From: Octopus sinensis
Taxonomy: Eukaryota
Direction of reading: 5' to 3'
Length of the DNA: 64,000 nt
NCBI RefSeq assembly: GCF_006345805.1
Contig: NC_043002.1
Span: 63,240,001 to 63,304,000 of the forward strand
A model generated the notes under the pieces. The model was not told the DNA's origin. It worked only from the letters and a program-made list of their open reading frames with translations, and made no database searches. Shown one piece after another: positions 13,826-26,365 of this stretch. Position 1 is the stretch's first letter; every line of letters starts with the position of its first letter. A program made the translations under genes and the position numbers.

Positions 13826-14256
13826 GGTCTGTTCGATCTTAGCCCGAGTGAAAATTAGTAAAGTGAACTTATATTCGCAAGTTGATTCAATATCTGCAAA
13901 CATTGACTTCACGTATGTAATTGCAGACAATGTCTCGGGCTCTTTTGATAGAGCATGTTCGTGGTTCATTTATTTTCGTTCAGCCTTGTCTTGGAAGAGC
14001 TGTGTCAAAAAATATCATTCCTAGCACACGTTCTCACGACATAATTTACACGCACCTGACTCGGGCTCGGAAGTTACAGCCCCAGTTGTTATCTATAATC
14101 GTAAATATTAAAAGTAATTAAAATGCAATGTTTTCTTGAAACAATATATTTCTATAAATAGTAGTATTTACATTCCAATCTATGAAAAGTTTCTTTCTAC
14201 AATATTCTTAAAGGAACGAAAATTTATCAGGCAACTCGGGCTAATACGAACGAGCC
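13826..14256. mobile_element. MITE-like element with about 23-bp imperfect terminal inverted repeats
   Basis: Left ggtctgttcgatcttagcccgagt versus reverse complement of right ggctcgttcgtattagcccgagt; internal CTCGGGCT sub-repeats. No clear TSD. Confidence 0.55.
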
Positions 14257-14282
14257 TATTAGGTAAAAAGTAATTAACTCAC

Positions 14283-14350
14283 GTCTCTTGTCAAAGGTAC
14301 ATGAGCCAGTCAGGTCGCTGATGTTTATTGTGCATTCCGCTACCGTGCTT
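14283..14350 (-). CDS. Candidate internal exon (68 nt; xSTVAECTINISDLTGSCTFDKR)
   Basis: Acceptor taatgatctttgcttacag, donor GAC|gtgagtt, one open frame (phase 2 to 1). Confidence 0.45.
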
Positions 14351-14528
14351 CTGTAAGCAAAGATCATTAACTTAAAAACGGAGAACGACATAGTGCTAGA
14401 TATAAAAAAGTAAGCTATTCGGGTCTAGAAACAAGGCGGAAAAACGTGAAAGTGTTCGAGCAGACATGTGTCTTCTGCGAAATCTGTGATGATTGCGTGT
14501 GACGACGTTGAACTGTAGTCGCCTCTGC

Positions 14529-14599
<71 letters not shown>

Positions 14600-15319
14600 C
14601 TGAAATGCGAAATGTTTGTTTGTTTGTCCGGTTTTGGTATTGAGAACGGGTTAAAGGCCACTAGATCCCGTCGAATTGACTCCAAACTATTACAGGGACA
14701 TGTAAAATGAGGTGAGGATGCCAGCGGGCTAGGTTAGAAATCCCCATCTTAAAAGGTGTGGTTGCTAGGGCCAAAAACGCACTTTGACAAGTCTACTCTC
14801 ATTCTTTTATGTATCTGTCTTCCTCCATCACTCACTGTCTTCCCATCACTTTCTATATATAAGGACTTTAACAGCGTCTAACTCCCCTTCACTTTCTCTT
14901 TATAACTTCGTCAAAACAGCGCTCTATAGCTCCCCCTCACCGCCTTCGACAGCTCTTTCACGCACAAACTCTCTCTCTCTACGTCTGTCTGCATTCATAG
15001 ACAGAATTATCATCGCCACCACAACTACACAATCATGAGAACAAATATTATGAATCAAATATTTATTGGGTTAATTTATATGTGTGTGTGTGTTCTATAT
15101 ATAAATATGTATATTAAACTTTTTAATACTTTTTGCTAGTTATATATATTATTTTTAAAAAAAATAAATATAAATTAATAATTTTAATTTTAAATTTAAA
15201 TAATTTAAATTTTTAAATTTTATATTATATTTATTTTGTATATTATATTTTTATTTTTATCGTTTCGTTTATGTTTTCCACTGTTTGATTTGCCTAATAG
15301 TGGTTTTATCTCTAATTTA

Positions 15320-15390
<71 letters not shown>

Positions 15391-15468
15391 ATTTGTATAC
15401 ATTTGTATATATATTGCGTACACACACCACACACACACACGCACACACACACACATATATATAATGTG

Positions 15469-15501
<33 letters not shown>

Positions 15502-15503
<2 letters not shown>

Positions 15504-15660
15504 GTGTGCATTATGTGGTCGGTTGTGCTGAAAATATGCACCCCTATGTTAAAAGTGCTGGCGAGTTTGCATGTCAATTATTTTTTCCCTCAAATGAAAG
15601 GCGTGACCTCTAGGACAAAATTCCTCATCTTATAAAATGTGACCCGAGTAGACCCGAATG
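15502..15660 (-). repeat. Unclassified interspersed repeat (copy 1)
   Basis: Reverse complement of 25560-25722 (TTCGGGTCTAC...ATGCAAACTCGCCAGCACTTTTAACATAG...CCGACCACAT). Confidence 0.75.
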
Positions 15661-16294
15661 AAATCGGTTTATATTAACCAAAATGTGAAAAGATGTCTAA
15701 ATGGGGCTTGAAGGAGATGAAAATTTACAGCAGTGGGTGTTTGGGAATTCTCTGTTACATCAAGCTAAAAATTTGCGCTAGCCTTTAAATAGTCAATGTG
15801 TTGCCGTCCATGATGAAGAAGTTTTGAATGCTTGCCATGGTGAGCCTACTGTCCTGAGAAAGAATCACTTCAAAGCTTGGTGTTTACGAATTTTGTTTTA
15901 CATAAAGTTCAAAATTTTACGCCAGCCGTTAAACTGCCATTATGTTACTGTCTGTCGTTAAGAAATGCCAGCCATGGTGACTCTTCTATCCTCAGATTCT
16001 ATCCTTTCAAACTTTGGTTTCCAATATTTTTTAATTTTTATTCAGCTCGCAAGTTCGCCTGTTCCTTTTAAATGTTAGTGTTTTGCTTTCTGCCTTGAAG
16101 CAGACCTTTCCGTTGTCACTGCCTGATATTTATGATTGATCTTTCCAACTACTTTCTTTCTCAACTTACTCAAGATATTTTGATATTTATAAATTGGAGA
16201 GAGATAGATAGAGAAAGATAGAGAGTCCGAGAGAAAGGAAGAGTAAGAAAGTGGGAAAGGGAGAGAGAAAGGAGAGAGAAACAAAGAGGTTGAA

Positions 16295-16610
16295 TCATCA
16301 TCATCATCATCATCATCGTTTAACCTCGGTTTTCCGTGCTAGCATGGGTTGGACGGTTTGACCGGGGTCTGGGAAGCCAGGAGGCTGCACCAGACTCCAG
16401 TCTAATCTGGCAGTGTTCCAACAGCTGGATGCCCTTCCTAACGCCAACTACTCTGTGATTGTAGTGGGTGCCTTTTTCGTTCCACGGGGGGAGGGGCACT
16501 GGCAGCGGCCACGATCGGTTGGTGCCTTTTACGTGTCACCGGCACAGAAGCCAGTCAAGGCGGCGCTGCCATCGGCCACGTTCGGATGGTGCTTTTTACG
16601 TGCCGAAAGG
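16295..16610 (-). mobile_element. SINE with Nin-type central domain and RTE-type 3' tail
   Basis: Minus strand has GGCGTTAGGAAGGGCATCCAGCTG (Nin domain as I recall it) and ends CCAACCCATGCTAGCACGGAAAACCGAGGTTAAACG(ATG)n. Confidence 0.7.
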
Positions 16611-16670
16611 ATGCAACAGAAAACAACAACCACACTCTTACTCGCGCGTAGATCGGGTCACCTTAAGCTA

Positions 16671-16717
<47 letters not shown>

Positions 16718-16729
16718 CGTGTGTGTGTG

Positions 16730-16785
<56 letters not shown>

Positions 16786-16835
16786 CGTGTATGTGTTTAC
16801 ATATGTATGAATATATGCATATATATATATATATA

Positions 16836-16874
<39 letters not shown>

Positions 16875-16942
16875 AGCGTGTATGTGTTTACATATGTATG
16901 AATATATGCATATATATTTACGTATGCATGTATATATATATA

Positions 16943-17164
16943 TATTTCTTTACTACCCACAAGGGGCTAAACATAGAGGGGACAAACAAAGGGATTAAGT
17001 CGATTATATCGACCCCAGTGCGTAACTGGTACTTAATTTATCGACCCCGAAAGGATGAAAGGCAAAGTCGACCTCGGCGGAATTTGAACCCAGAACACGT
17101 GACAGCAGACGAAATACGGCTACGCATTTCGCCCTGCGTGCTAACGATTCTGCCAGCTCACCGC
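16943..17164 (-). mobile_element. SINE family B (MetaSINE-like central domain), full-length
   Basis: GGTCGACTTTGCCTTTCATCCTTTCGGGGTCGATAAATTAAGTACC domain; tail CCCCTTGTGGGTAGTAAAGAAATA. Confidence 0.9.
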
Positions 17165-17380
17165 ATGTATATATATATATGTATGTATGTATGTATATAC
17201 AGACATATACATCTATACGAAATAGCTATAAAAAGTCCCATAGTTGTTTCGATACTTTAAATAGGCTCATTTATAAACCACAATGTGTATCTCTAAGCAA
17301 CCTTTCAGACTTAGATTACCTGTTAGATACATTTAAAAAACCAGGATACTGGATAGTGAAAAAAAAAAAGAACAGAAAGA

Positions 17381-17455
<75 letters not shown>

Positions 17456-18179
17456 ACACACACATACACACACACACATACACACACACGCACGAATAAA
17501 AGCAATCAATGAAAAGATTAAGAATTTCGGGAAAAAAATTGGGGATCCACAGAAGATCAGTGTAAAATTTTAGAAGTAAAGTCTGAGTATGTGTTTGAAC
17601 ATATAGACGGTTGAAATAAAGAAAAATGTGTTTTATTTTTCAAAAGACAAGAATCAGAAGACTGGGGTAGTGACAAAACTAGCGGTAAACTCCTGTGTTG
17701 TAATATGGTTGGACAAATGGAGGTGACAAAGTATCGTGATACAACGGTGGGTTTTTGAAATAGCCGGTTGGAGGAAAGATGATAAGGGGACAATATAAAA
17801 TGTATGCGTGCGAATATGCACATTTGTATGTTTGTGTGCGCGTGTGTTTTATCGGAATAAATAGTCTTTGGTAGGGAAGTAGGAAACCAGTATGGTATTG
17901 TAAGTCTTTGCATGTTTGTGTGTGTTTTTATGATGTAGTCGCGCATCTATGCCTCTGATAGGTGTTGTGAAAGTTCTCAAGCAGGAGCGCCAGGTTGGGG
18001 AAAGGTAATATGAATGACTGACGAATCATGTGTGTGCAAGTATATAGATTGATCTGTGGACGAATGTGTGTTCTAAACCACACATATGTATATTTGTATG
18101 TGAAGTAGAGGGCCACTATAAGATTTTCTGCGTGTGTGAACTTACATGTAAGCTTATAAATGTGGTGAGTGGGGGAAGG

Positions 18180-18222
<43 letters not shown>

Positions 18223-18272
18223 TATATATATATATATATACACACGCATATATATATATATATATCTATATA

Positions 18273-18323
<51 letters not shown>

Positions 18324-19394
18324 TATACATATATTTCTATATGTAAAGCAAACAGATTTCATACAACACTGGCCTATTTTTATTTCTTATTATATATTTG
18401 CTTGCGTACGTCGAAAACTGTATGTTGTATATAATTAATCTCCAACGAACAAGATTTCACTTCAAATTCCTTGTTTCTCATTAAAATGCATTTAAAAAGG
18501 ATTCAAACGAACAGAATCTGCATAAAAACAATTCACCCGTATTAATCGCAAGAAAAGATATTCGGATATACAGACACACACATTTATATGCAGAAAACGC
18601 ATACAGAAAGCTGCTTGTACGCGAGTACATACCTACATATATCTATATAATGCTGTGTACTTATGTATGCATATACATACACAGTCAAACTTCACACACA
18701 CACATATAGACCATATACAAACACATATATACATACGTCTTGAAATTCTCCAAAACTCTTTATACATACGTCTAAAATATATTAAATTTTTCGAAAACTT
18801 ATCCAAATTTTCAATTTCAATTTAATCGCAATATACAATGTATAATTTCTTTATATCTTTGAACATTTGAACAAACCGCAATTTCTATTTATCGCTCCAC
18901 CTCTGTTTACTCGAATATATATTCATATACCTACACACACATGCACACACACATACATATATACGTATATATGTATGAATGTGTGTTTGTTATATATATG
19001 TCCGTGTGTGTATGCATGTGCATGAGTGTAAGTGTGTGTGTGTTGATATGTATATATATATATATAAATTAATTACAAAATAAATGGCATATAGAATTCT
19101 TTTGCAAATTGTCTGCCAAAATTTTCTGAAGCGCGAAAATACCAATAACTAGTAAATTACATGCAGAATTCCCATTGGAATTTGGTATTGGCGGAGATCT
19201 TGTGTGATACGATGTGTTTAATATACGCCTTCTACATTTTATTGGCTGCATCTCATATTACCATTTTTTTTATCTCTTTAACATATTCTTTAATATTTAA
19301 ATTTTTTTTTCTTGTTCGCGGCAGGTAAAATTCTTAATGTGTCAAATATATTTTGTTTTCTGTCACGTGATGTTACTCGATTCAAACAGGACAG

Positions 19395-19482
<88 letters not shown>

Positions 19483-19647
19483 ATATATATGTATATATAT
19501 ATATTATATATATATATTATATATATATACATACATATATATATACATATAAATATATATACATATATATACATATATATACATATATATATATAACATA
19601 TATATATATACATATATATACATATACATACATATATATATATTACA

Positions 19648-19678
<31 letters not shown>

Positions 19679-20339
19679 GCATATATATGTGTGTTCAAAG
19701 GGAGAGAGAGGCAGATAATTGGAGGGAGATATAAGGGAAGAAGGAGAGAGAGAGCTTGTTCACGTGTGAGTTAACAGGAATTATATAACATCCGAACATT
19801 GGTTTCATACATTTCTGCTCGACTCTGCAATCAGCTGACCGATTGAATATAAGAAATTACGGTCGAAATTGTTTCCGCAATGTTTTCAAATAAGCAAGTG
19901 TTATACGCAAACAATTCCTGTCGATCATAAATAAGATGGCTCAGTGACAATAAACCAAGTCCATTTCCGCATATGGTGTTGTGGTTATGGGGTTATTCAA
20001 AACAGGAAGGAGTATTTTGAAAGGTCCCTGTATTCCGCTTTTTACACCAGTATCATTGCTAATATTGTTTATATAATTCGAGTTGCGTCCCATTTATATC
20101 GATTTCTGAAATGTAGTATGGAAATTTTTCAGTCAGAGTCTGGGATTTTTTCTCCGCTGGTTATGTCGTTGTTCTTCGCTGTAGGAAATTTTCACATTTG
20201 ATTTTCGGCAACATCTGTGTTATACGATATTGTGTTCTCAGATAAATTTATTGGTTATTTACCATTCATTGTAATCCATTCCTGTGTTAGTTGAAGTAAT
20301 ACGAAAGCAATAGACTGAGAAACAACAGTTTATACTTAC

Positions 20340-20350
20340 TGCATTTTAGA
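20340..20350 (-). CDS. Candidate 11-nt microexon (TCTAAAATGCA)
   Basis: Long pyrimidine tract tttttcttttttctttctgaaag and perfect donor gtaagtat; phase 0 to 2 bridges the 52418 and 14350 exons. Confidence 0.3.
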
Positions 20351-21189
20351 CTTTCAGAAAGAAAAAAGAAAAACTTTTACAAATGTTCACCTTCTTCCCA
20401 AAGCTACGTCAGTTAAACCTCATGTAAGTGTATTTAAAGACTTTAAGATATTCAGAACACTATTTCATAAATTTGTGTATGTTCTATTTGATCATGCAAA
20501 TGACAAATTTAAGTAGGACCAAATGAAGAAGTGTAAGTAAGGTTAGATACTTCTTTCATTTTCGAGACTTAAGCTTAAAGAAGACTCATACGTATTAATA
20601 TCCATCTCTAGACACGAGGGGGATTAGAAATGCAAAAAGAATAATATATATATATAAAATATTCAACTTGCGAATATTTAAAATGAAGGGTATTTTTGAA
20701 ATATGGTACATGATATGAAATTTAGGAATCTCAATTAAATCTAAAAGCTAAGCATAAAATATTCTCTATAGCTTCTTTACAATCTGCTGTAATGTCTTTC
20801 TCCCTGCTATAGGTATATATACGAACCATGTTGTTAAAGATAATAAATTATTGAAATTAAACTAAATTAAATCCGGTCAAATTTGAGGAAGAATTTCTTG
20901 AAGAAAAAACATCTGTCTGATGATGATATTTCAAACTCTCTCAAATTCAGCAACCAATATTCTGACTAGTTTTTAATCCAAGAGTTGATCCAACAGTAAT
21001 AAATGAAGATACAAATAAAAAAAAAAACAGAACGAAATCCGAAATAATTCACTTTGACCCACATTCCTATTTTGCAGGCATTAATTTCATCTTAGTGTTT
21101 TATATTTTGCAACTCCTTGATGTCTATACATTTGATTATCGTTTTTGAAATTTGAACAAATTTTACTTCTTGTTAGACATATAACAAGT

Positions 21190-21291
21190 GAATGAGGTGG
21201 CTGTGAGTTAAGTAGCTTGCTTAAGAACTACATGGTTCTGGGTTCAGTCCCACTGCGTCTCACCTTGGAGAAGTGTCTTCTATTATAGCCG

Positions 21292-21368
<77 letters not shown>

Positions 21369-21590
21369 TTTTGTCTGTGTTTGTCCCCCACAACATCGCT
21401 TGACAACCGATGCTGGTGTGTTTACTTCCCAGTAACTTAGCGATTCGGCAAAAGTGACCGATAGAATACGTACTAGGCTTACAAAGAATAAGTCCTGGGG
21501 TCGATGAGCTCGACTAAAGGCGGTGCTCCAGTATGGCCACAGTTATATGACTAAAACAAATAAAAGAGTATAAAGAGTAAAAGAGTATAT
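21190..21590 (+). mobile_element. SINE family A with internal deletion
   Basis: Head GGTGGCTGTGAGTTAAGTAGC, B-box, TA/TG run and tail present. Confidence 0.85.
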
Positions 21591-21634
21591 AAAAACTTAA
21601 CATTTTTATACTTTTAGTAATTTCTTTGAGTCAA

Positions 21635-21990
21635 GGCGGCGAGCTGGCAGAGACTTTGCCTTTCATTCATTCGGTGTCGATAAATTAAGTACCAGTTATG
21701 CACTAGGCTCGATGTAATCGTCTAAATCCCTTTGTTTTGCCTGGCTTGTCCCTTCAATGTTTAGTCCCTTGTGGGCAATAAAGAAATGAGAGACGTTAGC
21801 ACGCCGGTGGAAATGCTGAGCAGTAGTTCATCTGTCTTTACATCCTGAGTTTAAATTCTGCCGAGGTCGACTTTGCCTTTCATCCTTTCGGGGTCGATAA
21901 ATTAAGTACCATTTGCATATTGGGGTTGATCTAATCGAGTGGCCTCATCCCCAAACTTTTGAGCTTTGTGCCTAGAGTAGAAAAGAGTAT
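21635..21990 (+). mobile_element. Composite/nested SINE family B with 14-bp target-site duplication
   Basis: TTTCTTTGAGTCAA at 21621-21634 and 21991-22004; two copies of the central domain inside. Confidence 0.85.
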
Positions 21991-22527
21991 TTTCTTTGAG
22001 TCAATTAATGGTTTAAGATTATTTTGGTGTACAACAGATTTTATTTAACATATTATTTAATCTCTTGCAGTTGCATACACAATCTCGAAACGATGAATTT
22101 TAAAATTTAGCAGAACAGCATTTGAACTGTTAACATAGAGTTATTTATTCAAATACTTCAAACTATACGATTCAGTACACACTGTAATATCTAAGTTCAA
22201 TATTTTCGTCTGACATATTCATAAGTAAAAAGCATTTCTCCTCTCTAAATAGCACAGCGTGAATTATGTATCATTGCCAGGAATGAGCATGTCGTTCCCG
22301 TGCTTGGAATTCATTTAAAGTGACAGGAATTGAATACTGCATATTTCACAGTATGGATTCATGTAGCGATTGCCTGGATTAATTGGATGAAAATGATGTC
22401 GTATAGAATCCCGCATGAACGCATACTTCCATCGGCATATGCGTGCGTGTTTGCGAATACGTATGTATATATGTACACGTATACACACGGATGTATACAT
22501 ATGTACATATAAATATATATGCATATA

Positions 22528-22575
<48 letters not shown>

Positions 22576-22789
22576 CTTAATTGTGCGCTTGTGTATGTGT
22601 GTATATGTGAGTGTGCTTGTGTGTGTGTGTGTAAGTTTGGTTTTACAAAGCGGGGAGAGAACAGAATATGAAGAAGTGTATATCAATTCTTAGGTTATGG
22701 GCCACGAAAACTATAGCAACTATTCAATGATGGTCTGTAGTTCCATACTGGAGCACATTTCCTACAGTTTAAGAAATGCTCTGGCTTGA

Positions 22790-23355
22790 AAGACGACATC
22801 TTTGTAAATTCTGTAGTATTTTGCTATTTTGGAAACCGTGCGAAACGCTGGAGCCAGACAGAGGCAATACTACTATGAGCACAAACAGCAGACAGAGGTG
22901 GAGTTGGAGATAAGCAAAATCGTCTGGGAATTCCCAATACAAACCGATCAGGCGCTAGAGCATAACAGACCGGACCTAGTGGTGGAGGAAATGATGCACC
23001 GCATATTCTATACAGTTGATGTTACCTGCCACTTTGACCCACGAATAGACATGAAGGGAGGCGAAAAGATAAATACATGCAAACCACTTATGTACGAAAT
23101 AGCGCAGCTTTGGAAAATGGAGAAGGGGAAGATAGTGACAGTTATTTTTGAGGCCTTGGGAGCAGTATGAGAAGTAAATTTAAATAGATCGCCCCGTAGA
23201 AATGATACAAAAGATTTGCTTCCTTGGCAAGACCAGAATAATCAGGAGACTATTAGATATCTGCAAAGAATGGATAACATTGAACCGTAGGCGACAGGTT
23301 GTAGATCCTCTATGCATGCAAGACTCCAGGAGCTCCAACAAAACCTGTGATAAAG

Positions 23356-23360
<5 letters not shown>
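22790..23360 (+). mobile_element. 5'-truncated non-LTR retrotransposon, restriction-like endonuclease (R4/Dong-type) 3' end, family D2
   Basis: ORF 22829-23170 WEFPIQTDQALEHNRPDLVV...TVDVTCHFD...EKI...EIAQLW...EALGAV carries the PD..D motif; followed by (CAA)n(TAA)n. Confidence 0.85.
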
Positions 23361-23431
<71 letters not shown>

Positions 23432-23433
<2 letters not shown>

Positions 23434-24085
23434 GACTGGAATATTTACAATTTTTTGTGAGTATTTTGAATTTCCCTCAAAATAAGTTAACGAACTTATA
23501 TATCTACAGCTTTGGGCATACAAACGAACACCTTACAAAATTTAGCGACTTTAATATCTCCAATTTTGTGTGAACATTTTGTCTTCTCTTCTTCCATATC
23601 TAACAGATTATATAAACATGCTTTTATTGTAACAACACAATTAAATGAACAATAAAAAATTATGGATGTAAGCACCTGCCAATATATAGATACTGCACAA
23701 CTACAAAAAATGTAAACCACAGCAAAACTTTTAAGAAGAAAAAAAGAATTCCAAAAGAAAAAAGAAAAAGAAATTCAGATATTAAAATATCCAATGAGGT
23801 GAAGATCTCTTCCTCCTACTATTCACAAAGACTGGAATATCTACAATTTCCTGTGAATATTTTAATTCTCCCTCAAACTAAAATAAGTTAGGAAACTTAC
23901 ATACCGACAGCTTTCGAACACACAAACAATCAGCTTTTAATAAGAAACAAAACTGGATAGACAAACGAACAACTACAGAAAACTTTAAAACTTTAAGATA
24001 CTACTCAAATACGTAAAGACAACTTTTATTGCAAGAACACAATTGAATTCACAAATTCAAAGATTCATCGACGTGAATATCAGTA
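23432..24085. repeat. Diverged tandem duplication (units starting AAAGACTGGAATAT at about 23432 and 23827)
   Basis: Co-linear similarity over about 250 bp seen by eye. Confidence 0.7.
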
Positions 24086-24659
24086 TATATGTGTGTGTGT
24101 TTATGTATGCGTGTGTGTCTGTGTGTGTGTACATACGTGAGTATATATATATATATTATCATTGTTCTTTTTCTACCAGTAATTACGATTAGAACAGGTT
24201 GAATTGCTTCTTTTCAAGGCAGCGCTCTCAGTGGTCAGTGGCCACTGGTAGTAGTAAACACATTTGACCTCTGCTGAGCCAAAGGATTCGAAAATTCCTC
24301 TGTTTCTATGGCTGACCTCCCCACCATGTGCCAAATCTATTTATTGATCTGTAGGATATATGATCTATTTACCATGCTGCTGCCCAACTAGTTCCTCAAA
24401 CAATGGTAGTGGTAGTGATGGGGATAATGATAAAAATATAAAAAAAAACTAATAATAATATGCTGCAGCTGCTAATGCTAAATACTAGAATATTAATACT
24501 ACAACTACTACTATTATGATAGCATAGGAATCTAAGTCCCAACTACCACCCTTGCCATGTACCCCATACCTACAACTGTTGCTTCAACCACTGCTGTTAC
24601 TACACATAAAAGCAATAATATCAGTGATATCAATGAGGAGGATAATAATAATAATAATA

Positions 24660-24720
<61 letters not shown>

Positions 24721-24721
<1 letters not shown>

Positions 24722-25286
24722 GATGCAAATAGGCCAGACATCATATTAGATGCAAATAGGCCAGGCATCATATTGAAAGACTTCAAACAAAGAACATGCC
24801 TCCTCATTGATATGACTGTCCCAATCGATATAAACGTATCTGTCAAGACCTACCAAAAACTGAGCAAATATAAAGATCTTGAAATAGAAATCAGCAAAAT
24901 GTGGAAACTGAAGACTAAAACAATACCTGTTGTCATAGGTGCCCTGGGAATGATAGCAAAAGAGGCTGATAGCTACCTAACTCAGATACCAGGAAACCCC
25001 AAAATGGCAGAAGTTCAAAAGATAGTGCTCATGGGAACTGCTCATATCCTACGCAAAATACTCTCTATGTAATCTCAAGGTTTAAAACAAACATAATTTT
25101 CGGTTTAAAAAAACCCCAAAAAACCCAACTTTTTTTTACACATTCATTAGTACAACATCCCCACCCCCCAAATATATGGTACACTAGGCATAACAACAAC
25201 ATGAACTTCCAACCCTGTTGTCTCTTGAGGTCTCTGGGTGAGACTTGGAGCCAAATTGTACAAATATAAAGCAAAAGTCAAACATA

Positions 25287-25290
<4 letters not shown>
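24721..25290 (+). mobile_element. 5'-truncated Dong/R4-type LINE (family D1) inserted in a (TAA)n array
   Basis: ANRPDIILKDFKQRTCLLIDMTVPID...KLSKYKDLEIEISKMW...VIGALG...ILRKILSM* (stop 25070-72); (TAA)n on both sides. Confidence 0.9.
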
Positions 25291-25349
<59 letters not shown>

Positions 25350-25559
25350 AAGGAAACGGGGGAAGCCTCATGGGTTGATTAATAATGATTAATAATGATG
25401 GTGTCACAATGAAAACACTGATAATTGCGCAACCTGATAATCGCTACCTCATATGAGTGGCAACGAAAATACAAAATATTGTGAACTAGAAGACAAACCC
25501 GGCCTTACTCGGGATTAAAATAGTTTATTATTGTTTTACTTGTTACGGTATTATAACTC

Positions 25560-25722
25560 AGTTTTATTCGGGTCTACGCGGCCCACGTTTTAAAAGATGA
25601 AGAATGTTGCTCTGGAGGCCACGCGTTTCAAATGGGGAAACTCAAAATTGCTATGCAAACTCGCCAGCACTTTTAACATAGATGTGCAAATTTTCAACTC
25701 AGTCCGACCACATATGCACACA
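25560..25722 (+). repeat. Unclassified interspersed repeat (copy 2)
   Basis: Homologous to 15502-15660. Confidence 0.75.
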
Positions 25723-26101
25723 TTATATATATACATACGCATTGAATATATATGCACATATATACGCATTATGTATACATATGTATACACATTATATATA
25801 TACATACACGCACATATATATATTCAAATATCGATATATACACTTTATATATGTACACATTATATATATATATATATTATATATATATATATATAATATA
25901 TATAATATATATATATATATATAATAATAAATATTAGGGAATAAATCCAAATTTACAGGGAAAAAATCAGATTTAGGATTAAATCCAATTTTATAGTAAA
26001 ATATTATAAAATATTATTAGAGACAAAACCACTATTTTGCAAAACAAACAAGGAAAGACTTAATCAATACATAAAATTTTAATAAATAGTCAAAAAAACC
26101 G

Positions 26102-26144
26102 CCACTACAATTGTTTCTTGTCTTGATCGACAATCTTCAGGTGG
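26102..26144 (-). ncRNA. Minimal type-I hammerhead ribozyme (mirror copy in the left arm)
   Basis: Exact reverse complement of 26192-26234. Confidence 0.85.
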
Positions 26145-26191
26145 ACTTCCAATAAGTCAGTTTCATAATTTGAAACTGACTTATTGGAAGT

Positions 26192-26234
26192 CCACCTGAA
26201 GATTGTCGATCAAGACAAGAAACAATTGTAGTGG
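26192..26234 (+). ncRNA. Minimal type-I hammerhead ribozyme, canonical core
   Basis: ccac-CUGAAGA-uuguc/gaucaa/gacaa-GAAA-c-aauu-g-UA-gugg; stem III palindrome ACAAUUGU. Confidence 0.88.
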
Positions 26235-26319
26235 CGGTTTTTTTGACTATTTATTAAAATTTTATGTATTGATTAAGTCTTTCCTTGTTTGTTTTGCAAA
26301 ATAGTGGTTTTGTCTCTAA

Positions 26320-26365
<46 letters not shown>

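Larger units (their letters stand above)
25921..26326. mobile_element. Penelope-like terminal-repeat derivative ending in a perfect 156-bp-arm palindrome (26010-26326)
   Basis: 26010-26165 is the reverse complement of 26171-26326 with loop TAATT; the 5' extension 25921-26010 is shared with 45721-45890. Confidence 0.85.

Noticed and set aside
19900-20200. Possible degenerate RT fragment (GVKSGIQG) on the minus strand
   Set aside because: Similarity is too weak and interrupted to call.
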